A stretch of DNA of 62,803 nt, the filler included, from Dugesia japonica (taxonomy: Eukaryota): the NCBI GenBank assembly GCA_001938525.1. It is 5 parts of 5 records of this genome, joined end to end, with 100 filler letters (N's around TTAATTAATTAA, not from the genome) between each part and the next. Parts side by side here need not be neighbours in the genome. Positions count along the whole stretch, not along the records: positions 20,749 to 33,303 come from MQRL01592185.1; positions 33,404 to 44,968 come from MQRL01635401.1; 3 more parts are not named here. The stretch is one strand, 5' to 3'. Positions 24,842 to 37,372 of this stretch are shown one piece after another. The position numbers were made by a program, and so were the translations under genes. The notes beneath the pieces were generated by a model. It was not told the origin of the DNA and did no database searches. It saw only the letters and a list, made by a program, of their open reading frames with translations. Positions within the stretch are counted from its first letter, which is position 1. Every line of letters starts with the position of its first letter.

Positions 24842-27800
24842 CTGTAGACAAGAGCGAATATATTTTGTAAAGTAGCTATGTCTAAACTGTATAATTCAGT
24901 TCCAATAGCTTCATCAGCAGTATTTTCATCTTCGGTTAAAATTTTCTTTTTAGAAGATAAAGTATTTATTTCATTTTGAATAGCTTGTTTGCATAATGCC
25001 ATCGCAACTTCAAATCGACCTTGACTAGAATACTCGGTAACCAATGAATGAAGACTTTTCAAATGATCGGGTAATTCGTAATTGCTTACATTTGAGCTTT
25101 CTGAACCATTGGTAATTTTTGAATCATTATTCTTCGAAACTTTTCCACCTATTTATAAGCGCAACAATAAACTTTTTCTTAATTTAAATCTCAACCATTT
25201 TTCTTGAAAGAACAGTTAATTTCATTATATACACTTTCTGCTAAATTTCCTCCAGACAATGTAGACTCCGATAGATTAACTGAATCTGATAACTGACTGT
25301 TTGAATAACTATTTGGCAATGGTTGATCATATTTTTTTAAATCCTAAAAAAATTAATAATGAAATTTAACTTTATTAAAACTAAAATTTAAACACTTTTA
25401 TAAAAGAAATTAAAAATCGGTTATAACATTTGTGATTTATCAAATAGAACCGTAAATGAGTGTCGATATCCTAGCAATAATTAGTTGATATTTAGGAAGA
25501 AATATAGTAATACTATTTCTGCCAATGTTCTTATTTAATTCTTGATTAATATTAATATGAGGAAAAGAATTCAAGACATACACATTAGTAAACAATTCCT
25601 TTTTAAGAGATATATCCTGACTTTAACTAAAAGTTATTCTTTAAAAATACAAAATAATTAATAGTATTTTTTAGTTTGTTTAAATTGACATTATAATTAA
25701 ATTTAAACATGCAAAGTCATTTAAAATCAAGAAGGTGAGGAAACCTAAACATCGATTTTTGAATTCTTAATTAAATTATAAATTCTTAAAGTTCATTTTT
25801 TCTAAAATTCTTTTAAGCTCTTTAATTATGAAATTTAAATTAATTGACAAAACCCAAAGAATTTTAACCTGAAATTTCCAAAAGCAATACAGAAATTTTG
25901 CAATCGTAAATCTGTTTAAAATGTATTAAATTATTGTTTTTTATGTAGTTGTGATTATATTTTTGGTGAAAAATACAAGTTATTATTGGGAGTAGAAATT
26001 ATTTAGTTTCGGTAAGACTATTAAAACTATTAAACTATTAACTTTTACTTTTTTGGTTCTAATAAAGGGGTTTAAAGAATGTTGACAATAGTATTACATT
26101 AATACTTGGAAAAACTAAGATGTTCCGTTGTAGCTCGACGTTAATGCGAGTCATACGTGTAAATTGTTATATTATGGTTTTTAAATTTATGAACGATATT
26201 TACGATAAAAATTATTTTAAAAAACTAAAAAAAATTTAAATACTTTGATTTACGAATTTTACTTTTATTGAAAAACGAAAAAGTCGAACCTCTATAATTT
26301 GACGGATATATTAACATTATACAGGCCGCTAATTATCTTCGAAGAAAAGATTTTTTTCTTTTGATTGCCTTGATAAATAATTATTTTTTTATAATGATTA
26401 TTTAAAAAAATAGTTGAAAAAAACGTTAAACGGAACATAAGTCATTGGCCTGTAAAATTTTACTATCAGACAAATATTTATGTACACTATTCATCACATG
26501 TTTAATAAAATAATCTCAAAATTCGTTAGTTTTTTAGTTCAGAGTGGTGTCGAATTAAAAATATTTAAAGGTATTTACTTCAAATAGAAATTGGTATTCT
26601 AACTGTTATCGAAGAGACAAAGAATTAAAAACGAAATTATAATTGGATAGTTCATTTTGAAAAAATGTGCTCTACTTACAACGGTTAAAATAAAAGTGAA
26701 ACACATTATGAGTCGGTTTTGATCAATACAAGTTTTGTTATAACATTTTAAATAATGTGTTTTATTATTATTAAATATTTTAGTACTGATAGTAGGTAAA
26801 TATTTAATTTACTAGGTANNNNNNNTCAAAAATGACGGTTTGTAAATAAAATTTTAGTGGTCTAAAAATTTCAGAATGGTCTGAAAAAATACACTAAGTT
26901 TTTAGGATCAACCGTCAAAAATGTTAACAAAATTAATTGAATTGTATATCAAAAGAAAGAGCGTAAAAAGCTGAGTAAGAAATAATTTAGAAATATAAAA
27001 AAATGTTAAATACGCTCAGAGTTATGCCAGATAAAAACTTTAGTTTGGCAATATTTTAAAATATTTTATAAAAAGGTTGTAAAATATTTTGACATCACAG
27101 CATTTAAGCAGCCTATATTATTTATTTATTTATAATTAAAAAGGAAATTATATTATATGTATTTATCGATTATTTCTTAGTTTATCGAGATTTTGTTGAT
27201 TGTTTAAATTTTTAGATAATTTAAATTGGTTCAAATATAGATATTTGGAATATTGAAATTTTACTTGATTTTCGCTAATATAAAAATTAAAAGTTTTTTT
27301 ATTATTGAACTTCAAAGCGAAATCTTTTTTTCAGTATTATAATTTTTTTTAAATTATTTCCAAAATTTTGAAATTTATTTTCCAAATTTGCAGAATTTGG
27401 AATATTTTCAATGAAGATTCTATTATTATTATTGAAATAATTTTTATTTTAACTAATAAAATTTTTAAAAGTTAAAATCTATGTTAGTCTTTATAACTCA
27501 GATGTACAGACAAATTCACATATATATAGACGTAGAAATTATATATATATATATATATATATAATTACTCCATCCCATAAAAAAGTGGATTTTTAAAAAA
27601 ATTAAATTTGTATTTTTCAAATATATATGAGATAAAATGTTAATTTTAATCATTTAAAATTAAAATTAAATGTATTAAATCCACTTTTTTATGTGATGGA
27701 GTATAAGTTTGTGTGTGTGTGTGTGTGAATTGGATGATTGGTCCATTTTATCTATACCAGTATATAATTTATTATATAATTTTAACGATTTTTACAATGA

Positions 27801-30800
27801 TACTTTTAGTTTGAATAGTTTATTTAAATAGATTTTAAAACAAACTAAATGCTGTTTCTTAGCTATTACTGAGAAAATCTCACAAAAAAAGAAGTATTCT
27901 CGGTAATCATAATTTACTGCAATTTAGACAAAATTTTAACGTTATTAATTTTTTATATCTTAATTAATTTTAGATACCTCCAGGAAATAAATTTCAAGAA
28001 AAAACCAGATCACTTTTAAACCACAAACATTGATCCCAAGACCGTAAATTTACTAATTCTGTAATAGTAAAACTAAAAACTAAGAAAATAAAATCCAAAT
28101 TTATAATTAATAAAATTTGAAATAAAAATGTAACACTTTTTAAATTAATTTACTACTTACAATTTGATAGTAATTTGTTATAAATTATATATATAAAATA
28201 TTAATTACAATTTATAACTGAAAACAGAAATAATCATTTATGTTCCAAAGAAAACGAAAACATGCAGAAAAAAAATTATTGAAATTAAGAGCACAAATAA
28301 TAAATTTAACTTATTAAACTCCTCAAACTCTGTTTTATTATATTTAGTACATGAAGAAAATATGGAGTTTACTTAGTGTAATATTTTTAATAATTCAACT
28401 AAAGTATTTAAATAGCGTTTACTATCAATTATGGCCTTGATGGTGTCCAAGTCTGCGGTGATCCAGCGCAATTGCATTTTTCACTTCAAAATTCCTCTCT
28501 AAATTGCGGAAAGTATTCTATGCATATTGAATCATTTTATGGATTAGCTCGAACTACAAATATTTCACAATTTTGCAATGCGTTCTTTTCTTTGGTAATA
28601 TTAATTGCTAGGTTGAAATACAAAAATAACAAATAATCACTTTTTTGTAATAAAAATAAATTGAAATTAAAATTTTTAATAATATTATTCAGTTTTTTTC
28701 CCAAATTCGATTATGCCCAGTATTTATATAATTTTAGGAAACTATGGCAAAATTTGATGTTTAACTGTATTTAAATAATACTAATAAAATTATATTCTGT
28801 AATTTCATACGATCATTTTAATACTTGTAGATGAGATTGTTACACTCATCGTTGAATTCATAAGACCAATATATTTCATTTAAAAATTAATTACAAACAC
28901 AAGACAACACAAAAAACAGAATATAACTTTGTCTTTTTAAACATATTTAAAAGAAGCTTAACATTTTTTTAATCACTTACAAAAATTTAAGAAGCACTTA
29001 TTAAGTTTTAAATGACTACCAATTCATTTCACTTATATTATATGGATCCAATCGAATTGCAAGAATGTATTACTAGGTTGGTAATTATTTTTATTCAAAA
29101 CTTTCTATACTGTATTAAGTGTAATTGATGTTTTCTCTACTATTTGAAAGGAAATTTTCATTTCATTGATTTTTTCATCATGTTTTAATTGCCAAAGAAA
29201 TTCTTTCATTATAATAAATACCATGATGTTATTTTTATATTAGCATATTTCCATTTTTATATTATCAAATGGAAAACAATAGTAACCGTGGTCATCAAAA
29301 ACAAGGGAATACAGCCAACAAGATCAAGCTTTCAATAAACAATCGTTCGATACATTTTTTCAAGAAAAATTNATTCCATATTTTGAACAATTTCTTGATA
29401 AAAAATATTGATCCTCGTTTTATATATCAACTGAGATTATACAAGTTTTACNAGAAAATAATATAATTTACAAATATTTAACAACAAATTCCGCACAGTC
29501 GAATCCAAAAAAGGAATTTTTCTTTATGATTAAGACTACATTTAAAATAAGGAAAAATGGTGCAACATTAACCATCGAGCAAACAATTTATATGGTTCTA
29601 TCAACTAAAAATGACTTTTCCAATAAATTATCAGGCTTTTATCCAAATATGAGAAATTGTTTAAACAAGACAAGAAAAGAGCCTTTTATTTGATTGAATA
29701 AATTTCGAATAATCTTAAATGTTTTTTATTTTGTAATTTTTTGATATTTATTTTTTTTAAAATTACACTGGCCAACATCAAATTCATTTTACAATTACAA
29801 TTATTGTGAGAATAATTATTGGACGTAACCATTGATTGTTTTTCAGAATTCATTAAAATAAAAGTTTTGATCAAATTTTTTTGTTTTAGATAATATTTCG
29901 AATTTTCGACTTAATTTTCGTCAGGAATTGACTTTTGAAAAAAAAATTAGATCGAAGCGATAATTCTATTCTGGCGATAATTTTTATGAACTTCATTGAA
30001 AATCAAATAATTCTCAAAGCAAAGAAAATACTTCTATGGTTTAGATACATAGACGATATTTCCTTTTAATTAAAATAAAGTAATGACTTCGATCAAATTA
30101 GATTTTTGTTTTATAGATAATCAAATTTTCGACTATTGTCCTGAAGAAGACAATAGTCGAAAATTTGAATATAACATGGAAAACATTAGGAACAGACCTC
30201 ATTTCGACACTTCACAGAAAGAAACATGAAGAAATATTGATCAAAGAGAATAAACCTACAATCAGTATAGTTTATAATAATTCTAATTAAAAACTAACTT
30301 AAATAAATTAAAATTATCCAATTAAATTTCAATAAAATGAAAAATATTTTGTAAAATTTTATAATATAGATTACATTAATGGAAAAGTTAAATTTCTGAA
30401 GACAATAGTCGAAAATTCGAATAACTACCAAAAAACGAAACAAAAAACATTTTGATCAAATGTTTTAATTTAATGAAAACTTTAAAAAAAATTATTTTGT
30501 AACTTTATTATTCAATTCAAAATTAAAATTATACTAATATAAAAATTAAATAAATTATGAAAGTGTTTTTTTAATTAAACGCGCCTTTGAGGAAAAAACA
30601 AACAGCATCTAGTAGAAATTGTAAACCAGCATCATATTTAAGTAAAATAAACGTTAGTATTTGTTAAATATAAATTACGTAACTCGTAGCTTAATTAAAA
30701 ATTAATTGAATATTATAGTGCATTTCTCAAATAATCTATCTACATTTTTAGTGATTAATGCAAAGAGAATTAACTGTTCTATTGAATAGAATGACTAACG

Positions 30801-32977
30801 AGTCTCAAGAAGAACGAAGAAGGCGAATGGCACGTGATAACGAGCAAAACTAAACCAGGAAACTCTCATCATGATAAAGAAGCCAAGCATCAAAAGAATA
30901 TGTTTAATTTTATTATTATGCATTTTTTAGTATAAATCTTTTAACATGTATTATTTTAGAGTCATTTTTGAATAAATTTAATTTTAAGGTCAAACTTTTA
31001 ATATGTATTTTTTAAATCAAAGGAGTTACTGATTTCATCAATACAATGTAAGTACTGTGAAATTGAGATGTATTTGTCAAAAAAGGCATCAATAATAGAT
31101 CGGTTTTTATGGAAATGCCAAAATAAACATTGTAGGCCCTATAAGACTACAACATCCATAAGAAATTTGTCATTTTTGGTAGTTCCACAATCAATCTTAA
31201 AACTTGGTTGGAGATTTTATATCGATTGGCAGTTTACTAGAGTATTTGTCAGATTAAAAATTCGATATCGATTGCGTCATCTACAATAATTAAAATCTTC
31301 AAACTATTGAGAACTTATGTTTCCAACTATTTTCTGAGGCATCCAATTAAATTTGGAGGAGAAAATGTTGTATGTTAAGTTGACGAAAGCTTATTTTGTC
31401 ATAAACAAAAGTATCATCGAGGCAGATTGTCAGATTCCCAAATATGGGTATTTGGAATTGTAGACTGTAGTTATGTTCCAGCTTTATGGATTTATGCAGG
31501 TGGTACCTGATAGAAAAGCTGATACTTTATTGCCAATAATTACTCAGAGAGTGCGTCCAGGTAGCATTATCCATAGTGATGAGTGGAGAGTTACATTGGA
31601 ATATGAACACCTGGCAGTTAACCATCAAATGAACTGTATTAACCCTCAAACAGGAGCTCATACCCAGAATGTCGAATCATATCGGAATAAACAAAAATCC
31701 CGTTGTAACAATATGCGAGGAATTAGAAAAGAATATTTACAAGATTATCTTAACGAATTAATAGAGCTTGTAATGAATTTGTAATTTATTTGAATTGTGC
31801 ACTTTTGGGGTGATTTTTTAAATATGATCCATCAAAAGCGTAATAATGAAACAGCTAAAGAGAGATTTTAACGATTACCACAAGTAGTTCTTCAAGCAAA
31901 TGAAATCAGAGAGATATTTTATGCATTAAAGACTGAAGAATGAGGTGAAACACGACGTATTTAGTTCCAAGTGAAGAAATTTCACTATCGAAAACATCAA
32001 TATCCAGCGGTGTTAGTATTTCCAATGACAACTAATAAGGTGCAAAGACAATTGTTTGATCAAGTGGGAGTTTATTTGCCAGAAATAGTTTTTTTATAGT
32101 CGCAACGATGAAAATTTAAAAGTGCTTACCAAAAATGCAATCTACAAATGAGTAATTTTAAATAAAAATAAAATTAAAAATAAAATTTTTTCAGTTTATT
32201 CATATTTTTGTAATCCTTAGTAAATTTAGTATTGATTTTTTCAGACAAATATGGACCACTTTTAGACTACTAAAATTTCAATTACTAACCTATTCATTTT
32301 TGACGGGTAAAACACCAGTATTATATTAAATTTAAAAGTTATAATTAATTATATATAATTAATTAAATAAATAAATGTACTAAAAAATCTAGTAATAAAA
32401 TATTTCAAAATTCTTCAATATCCTGATAATAATTAATATGAAATATGAAAAAATAATAAACAAATTTTAATAGTAATATCAAATAATCAGTTTTGAAGTT
32501 TAATTCAAATAATATTACTAACCAATTTTAATTCGTAATCTTTAATCTGGCTTTCTAATTCTATATTTTGTTCTTCGGTGGCACTTAGTCGTGAATGTGT
32601 TGCACTGATTTCTTCTCTGAGCCAGTAGTTTTCTTCAGATAATCGAGAAATCATGGAATTCAATTTCATTTGATTTGCTTCAACGAGTTCAAAGTAATCA
32701 GACAAACTCAAAATTAGCTAAAAAAATATAGAACTTTTAATGAATATTACGAAGAGAAAAAATTAGGTTCAACCTCAATTTCATCGATGCCCAATTCTAT
32801 TTTTTCCAAAGATTTTTTTAATCGGTAAGATTTTTCGTTATGTGATGCTAAATTTTCATCATTACAATCAGAAATAGAATTCGTTAGGTTAAGATTATCA
32901 ATATGATCTGATCTTAATGATTTCAATGCAATTAAAGAGGTTTTAGCGAGACTTATGATATCTGTTGATTTTTTCAT
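24842..32977 (-). CDS. KLC: Kinesin light chain, 5' part; exons 32977-32774, 32717-32523, 25343-25196, 25148-24842; remaining TPR exons not seen in this contig
   Basis: Heptad region LEKIELGIDEIE|LILSLSDYFELVEANQMKL..RLSEENYWLREEI, then DLKKYD, YELPDHLKSLHSLVTEYSSQGRFEVAMALCKQA and DIATLQNIFALVYR. All introns are GT..AG and phase-compatible (56, 7179 and 47 nt). Confidence 0.92.
26322..26452. mobile_element. Small Tc1/mariner-superfamily MITE
   Basis: TA|caggcc..ttat.ttc ... gaacataag..ggcctg|TA: imperfect TIRs with TA on both sides. Confidence 0.5.
26810..26915 (-). repeat. Helitron-like 3' end, inverted homolog of ~32210-32318
   Basis: The reverse complement aligns with 32210-32305 and ends in CTAGT. 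Confidence 0.5.
27568..27701. mobile_element. Stowaway-like MITE (134 bp)
   Basis: TA|ctccatcccataaaaaagtggattt ... aaatccacttttttatgtgatggag|TA: 25-bp TIRs with one mismatch and TA TSD. Confidence 0.8.
28600..30480. mobile_element. Penelope-like retroelement debris (RT core, possible GIY-YIG region, inverted pseudo-LTRs)
   Basis: ~29955-30062 (+) ILAIIFMNFIENQII..LLWFRYIDDI is a Penelope-type RT core; ~28690-28880 (-) KYIG..NTGHNRIWEKT resembles the GIY-YIG region; CTGA..CGAAA repeats occur in both orientations. Confidence 0.65.
30790..32318 (+). mobile_element. Helitron remnant with nested Merlin
   Basis: MTNESQEERRRRMARD resembles Helitron N-terminal repeats; ~31985-32095 YRKHQYPAVLVFPMTTNKVQRQLFDQVGVYLPEIVF matches the Pif1 motif RRQFP..LAFAMTINKAQGQT; 3' end gacgggtaaaacaccagt. 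Confidence 0.65.
31000..31790 (+). mobile_element. Merlin (IS1595/ISXO2-like DDE) transposase remnant
   Basis: WKCQNKHC..TTSIR, GGENVVC*VDESLF..KYHRGR..WVFGIVD, VPDRKADTLLPII..GSIIHSDEWR, VNH..NPQTGAHTQNVES, YLQDYLNE. Confidence 0.9.
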
Positions 32978-33303
32978 CTATTACGCAAATATTTCAAAAA
33001 TGTATACAAATAAAAAATTGCAACTCTTATTAGCTTGCTTTTACAATTTCAAAACCACATTTAATAAATCATAAATTTTAATGTTTATTTTAAAATTTCA
33101 AATTTTGCATTATTTATCATAATGATTAAAATGTTTTCTCAAATTTATTAATTTATTATTTTAAGCCAAAAATTTTATTTCTAATTTAAGTTTAGAATAA
33201 TAACATAAAATTAAATTGCTACAAATTTGAATATTTCCATTAAAAATTAGTTTTCTTATAAAATTTGATATTTTGATAGATCTAATAAAATTTGAAAGGA
33301 AAA

Positions 33304-33403
33304 NNNNNNNNNNNNNNNNNNNNNNNNNNNNNNNNNNNNNNNNNNNNTTAATTAATTAANNNNNNNNNNNNNNNNNNNNNNNNNNNNNNNNNNNNNNNNN
33401 NNN
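33304..33403. other. Artificial contig spacer
   Basis: N44-TTAATTAATTAA-N44. Confidence 0.95.
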
Positions 33404-33448
33404 TATCAACATTATCATTAGTAGAATAATATACTTCATTATTTTTAG

Positions 33449-33543
33449 AAATTGCATTTACATTCACAGCTATTTTGTCAATAAATTCTGTAATTGGAAC
33501 AATCGGAAATATTTTAACAATAATAGTAGTTTTTACAACAAAG
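33449..33543 (+). CDS. Isolated exon encoding TM1 of a class A (rhodopsin-like) GPCR
   Basis: ttttag|..IAFTFTAILSINSVIGTIGNILTIIVVFTTK|gtttg: GxxGN TM1 signature with canonical splice sites. No other exons found. Confidence 0.65.
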
Positions 33544-33949
33544 GTTTGTTAATATTAAAAATTTGAAGTATGTTGATAAATTTGATTTAATCAAAATGAT
33601 TAACTATTTGAAAAGTATGAATTGTGTTGAACATTTGTGAAAAGAAGAATTTTTTTTACACTTAAAGAAATTTATCTCATAAATTAAATACAAAATATTT
33701 TGTTTTTCGATTGTTTTATTTGACAAATAAATTTCCAAAATTAAATCTTCGATCGAAAATTACTGCCTAAAATTATTTTTTCTTTTACAATGTTCAATTT
33801 TAACAAAAATCATTCCAAATATTTATTGAATTCTTGTGTGTCTTTGCCGTTTCATTTGTTGGTGTGTATTCTTAACCTACTGTTCAATATTTCTTATGAC
33901 TTGAAGAGTAAAAATATCGGGTGCGCGTGTTCTTGTACACACATGCGGA

Positions 33950-35129
33950 TGTATAAATTGGGTTTTTAAAATTTTTTTTTAATTATTTAAAATCAATTTT
34001 ATTAAATCAAATATTGTATATTATTATTAAATTCCATATACAATTCAGATATAATATTATTTGTTTGTTCAAAGTCTTCTTTATTAAACGCAAATTCCCC
34101 TAAAAAGTCTTCATGAATTTGATTGCATCTTCTGCATTTTTTCTTTATTAATTGTATCGTTCAGATTTATTTCATCGTTTTTTTGTGTTAAAAACCAGTT
34201 TTAAGCCAAAAATTATCAATCGTTTTTTATATACTTCACTATTTGCCTTGCTCGAATTTCCAATTAATATCAATTTCATATTTTTCACTTTCAAAATGCA
34301 ATTCTTATCCTTTATTTAATCATTTTATATCCTTTGTTGCCTTTATTAGAAATGGTTTTAAAGGAATATATCAAAATAAACAGGTTTCATCCATATTAAA
34401 ACATCATTTCTGTTATAATGATTTATTTTAATCTTTCTTCCATAAATTCTTTCTTTAAATATTTCTGGATCGATGTTACCAGTTTCTAATGATTTCAGTG
34501 AACGTGTATATTCTTCTACAAATTTATTCAGCGAACCATTACTAGCATCAAAACCAGATATTTTGTTTTTCAGCTATTTCAAAAGCTTTGGATTTTATTG
34601 GATCTTAAAATAAATCCACATGTTACTATCAATTCAATCCATTCCGTTAATAAAGCTTCCAAAGTATCGTAAACCATTTTTTTAAGATTGTATCTTTTGC
34701 GAACAACGTTGTCAATAATTTATCTCAATTTATTAAAATATCGCTGATGATACATTTATTTATTTTCAAAAATATAGAAAAATGTTTTGCTATTTTTTCA
34801 CGTGTTATTGAAGTATTGTTTGCTTTGAAGTCGCAAATTTTAAGTTTTTGTAAATTATTTATAGTTCAGCTATTTCTCATATTCTAGGGATAATAACAAT
34901 TGAATGAATACGATTAAAATTTATATATTATATAGATTGGTATTTATAGATTTGAATATTTATATAATCATTTTTTAAAAGGTTTATTCTTATGCTGAAA
35001 AGCGTATGATGCATAATGCTTTGACGCCATTTTTATATAAATTCTGCTAAAATTGTAGACATTTTTTCTTTGGGCTGTATACAAAAGGATAGTGAAATAG
35101 GGATGTGGTGTTCTAGAGGAGGTTGACTG
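33950..35129 (-). mobile_element. Tigger/pogo (CENP-B-like) transposon remnant
   Basis: TA|cagtcaacctc TIR ending at 35129; QKLKICDFK..ITREKIAKHF..IISDIL (HTH-psq), LEALLTEWI, FDASNGSLNKF, CFNMDETCLF. Confidence 0.8.
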
Positions 35130-35166
35130 TAATTAATAATTTTACTTTGATCTTATTCCTAATAAT

Positions 35167-35680
35167 TTGAAAAATTTGAGAATATTTTGTAAAACTTTAA
35201 ACACTGCATTAAATCTTGAACTTTTTTCCTTTGATGAAATTGTATATGAACTTAGACGTGCCGAAAATACTACACCAGGTACTGATGGTGTACACTATAA
35301 AGATATTTCTAAACTAGATTATAAAGATGAACTTCTAACTCATTTCTTCAATAAAATTATATTGAGTGGTCAAATTCCATCACACTGTAAATCGTTTAAA
35401 ACTGTTCTTATTCCAAAATCTTATAAAGAAGGCAATTACGATAAAATCTCTTCATGTAAACTGATTGCTTTGCTTTCTGTTATTTACTAAATATTTGCAT
35501 CAGTCTTGAAACGTAGATAAACTGAGTGGACAAAATGTAACAATTTGTAACATATTAGTCAAAAAGGAGGGTCTAAACACAAAGGCTGTGTTTAACATAA
35601 TCCCATTTTATCTTCTGCTTTTGAACACTCAAGAAATTAGAAAAATTGTTCTGCCACTATTGCATGGTTAGATATTATAT
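35167..35680 (+). mobile_element. Non-LTR RT fragment, NeSL/Utopia-like (R2 group)
   Basis: LRRAENTTPGTDGVHY, FNKII..GQIP..KTVLIPK, IALLSVIY*IFASVL, SQKG..GCV*HN, IAWLDI span the N-terminal RT domains; the AENT.PG and GCxEHN patterns are typical of Utopia/NeSL. Confidence 0.8.
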
Positions 35681-36634
35681 AAGTAAATGGTAAATGGCTA
35701 CTTCCCTTCAAGGTTCTACTCTTCACATTCATGTAAATGTTAATTACTATATAAATTTTGTATTATAAATAAAATAACTCCTGAAGAAGATAAAATCGAA
35801 AATTTGGAAAAATAAAAACGATTTTTCGAAAAAGGTTTTGTAACTTGAATAAAAACTTTACAAAAGAAACATTTTTTTGAAACGTTTTTGATCTACGCCT
35901 TAGTTTATTTTCGTAATTTAGAAAATATTAAATTTTTTTATGAATAAAAATTTTAAAATCAAATGGAATCCATCATGTACCATTTACTTATGTTGGTGTC
36001 TTAGATTTTTTATTTTTGTTGTTAAAAAATATAAGAAAATATTTTAGATAACCAAAACTTGATCTTTATAAAATGAGTATCACAAATGAAATGAGTGCTT
36101 CAATGGTGATTTTTTGTTTGTAACAAAATCTTTAAAAATAACGCAAGGTTGTTGTCACATTCAATCTTAAGCATGTATAAGATCGTTAAAATCTACAAGA
36201 CAAAATCATGCATGTTAGTTGGGTTTTGAAAACTCATCGAATTATTAACATCAGAATTCGATTTCATTACAACGATTTATTAATATAAAAAAAACTAAAA
36301 CATCATTAGTGGTTTAAACAAACAAATTGAAAAATTCATATTCAAAAAAGGAAAATTCAAATATTTAATTTTATATTTTATTATATTTAAAATATATTTG
36401 ATTTCAAAAAATACATAACAATAAAAATTTAATTTTATATTTTATTCTTTTTAAAATAAATCTGATTTAAAAAAATAAAAATCTTTTATTCATTTCATTT
36501 TATATTTTAAAAGTCAATAAATTTTAGTAATTTATTTTTTAGTTTATTTTCTTGATATAATTTTAAATATTTTTTTGATTTACTAAATTCCGTTTTCAAA
36601 GATGAAAAATTTTAAATCTATTCTTTTAAAAAAC

Positions 36635-37372
36635 TATCTTATATCCCCTTTTTTAAGAATTTATTTTATCTTCTCTACGTTTCTTTCGAACCTTTTTCCA
36701 TTTGTATCTTCCAGAGTGTTACGTCTGTCATGAATCTTCCACTTGATCTTATAGGGTCCTTCATAACGATCTTGGTTCTTGTTTCAGCTTTCACTAAGAC
36801 CTCATCACCGATCTCGAATTGTCTTTTGGTTAATATTTCTTCTTCTTGTTCTTTGCGCACTCTTTGAGTATTGGTTTAATACTATTTTTCTCTGCTTATT
36901 CTCGTCCCAAATACGATTTTAGCAGGGCTTTTCATGATATTTTTCTGTTTTGTAGCATTTACGGAAAATTAATCTCTAATAATATATCTGCGCCATATGA
37001 AGTTTTCCTTTCTTTAAGCGTTATATTAATCATTTCACTATAGTTCTAAACTGCCCCTCGAGTTTGTATTATGACGATATGGACTCGAAACCTTAGGGTA
37101 ATTTCATGTTAAGCTGCAAAATCTTTCATTGATTTTGACTCTAATCCTCTTCCACTATCAACTCAAACTTCTCTCGGACACCCGAACTTTAATATCCACT
37201 TCTCCAATATTGCTTTCCGTAAGGTATCTTCATCTTGTCTTGTCATTGCTACCAAGTCTACATACTTGCTGTATTGGTCTATTATACCGAGAACATATTT
37301 CTTCCAACCTCTTGTCTCCGGTAGTGGTCCATACACATCTATAAATAACAGTTCAAACATTTCGGCTGGACA
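36635..37372 (-). mobile_element. Gypsy integrase 3' fragment with PPT
   Basis: FELLFIDVYGPLPE..KYVLGIIDQYSKY..WILKFGCPRE, FEIGDEVLVK; ends ttcttaaaaaaggggatataag on the minus strand. Confidence 0.88.
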
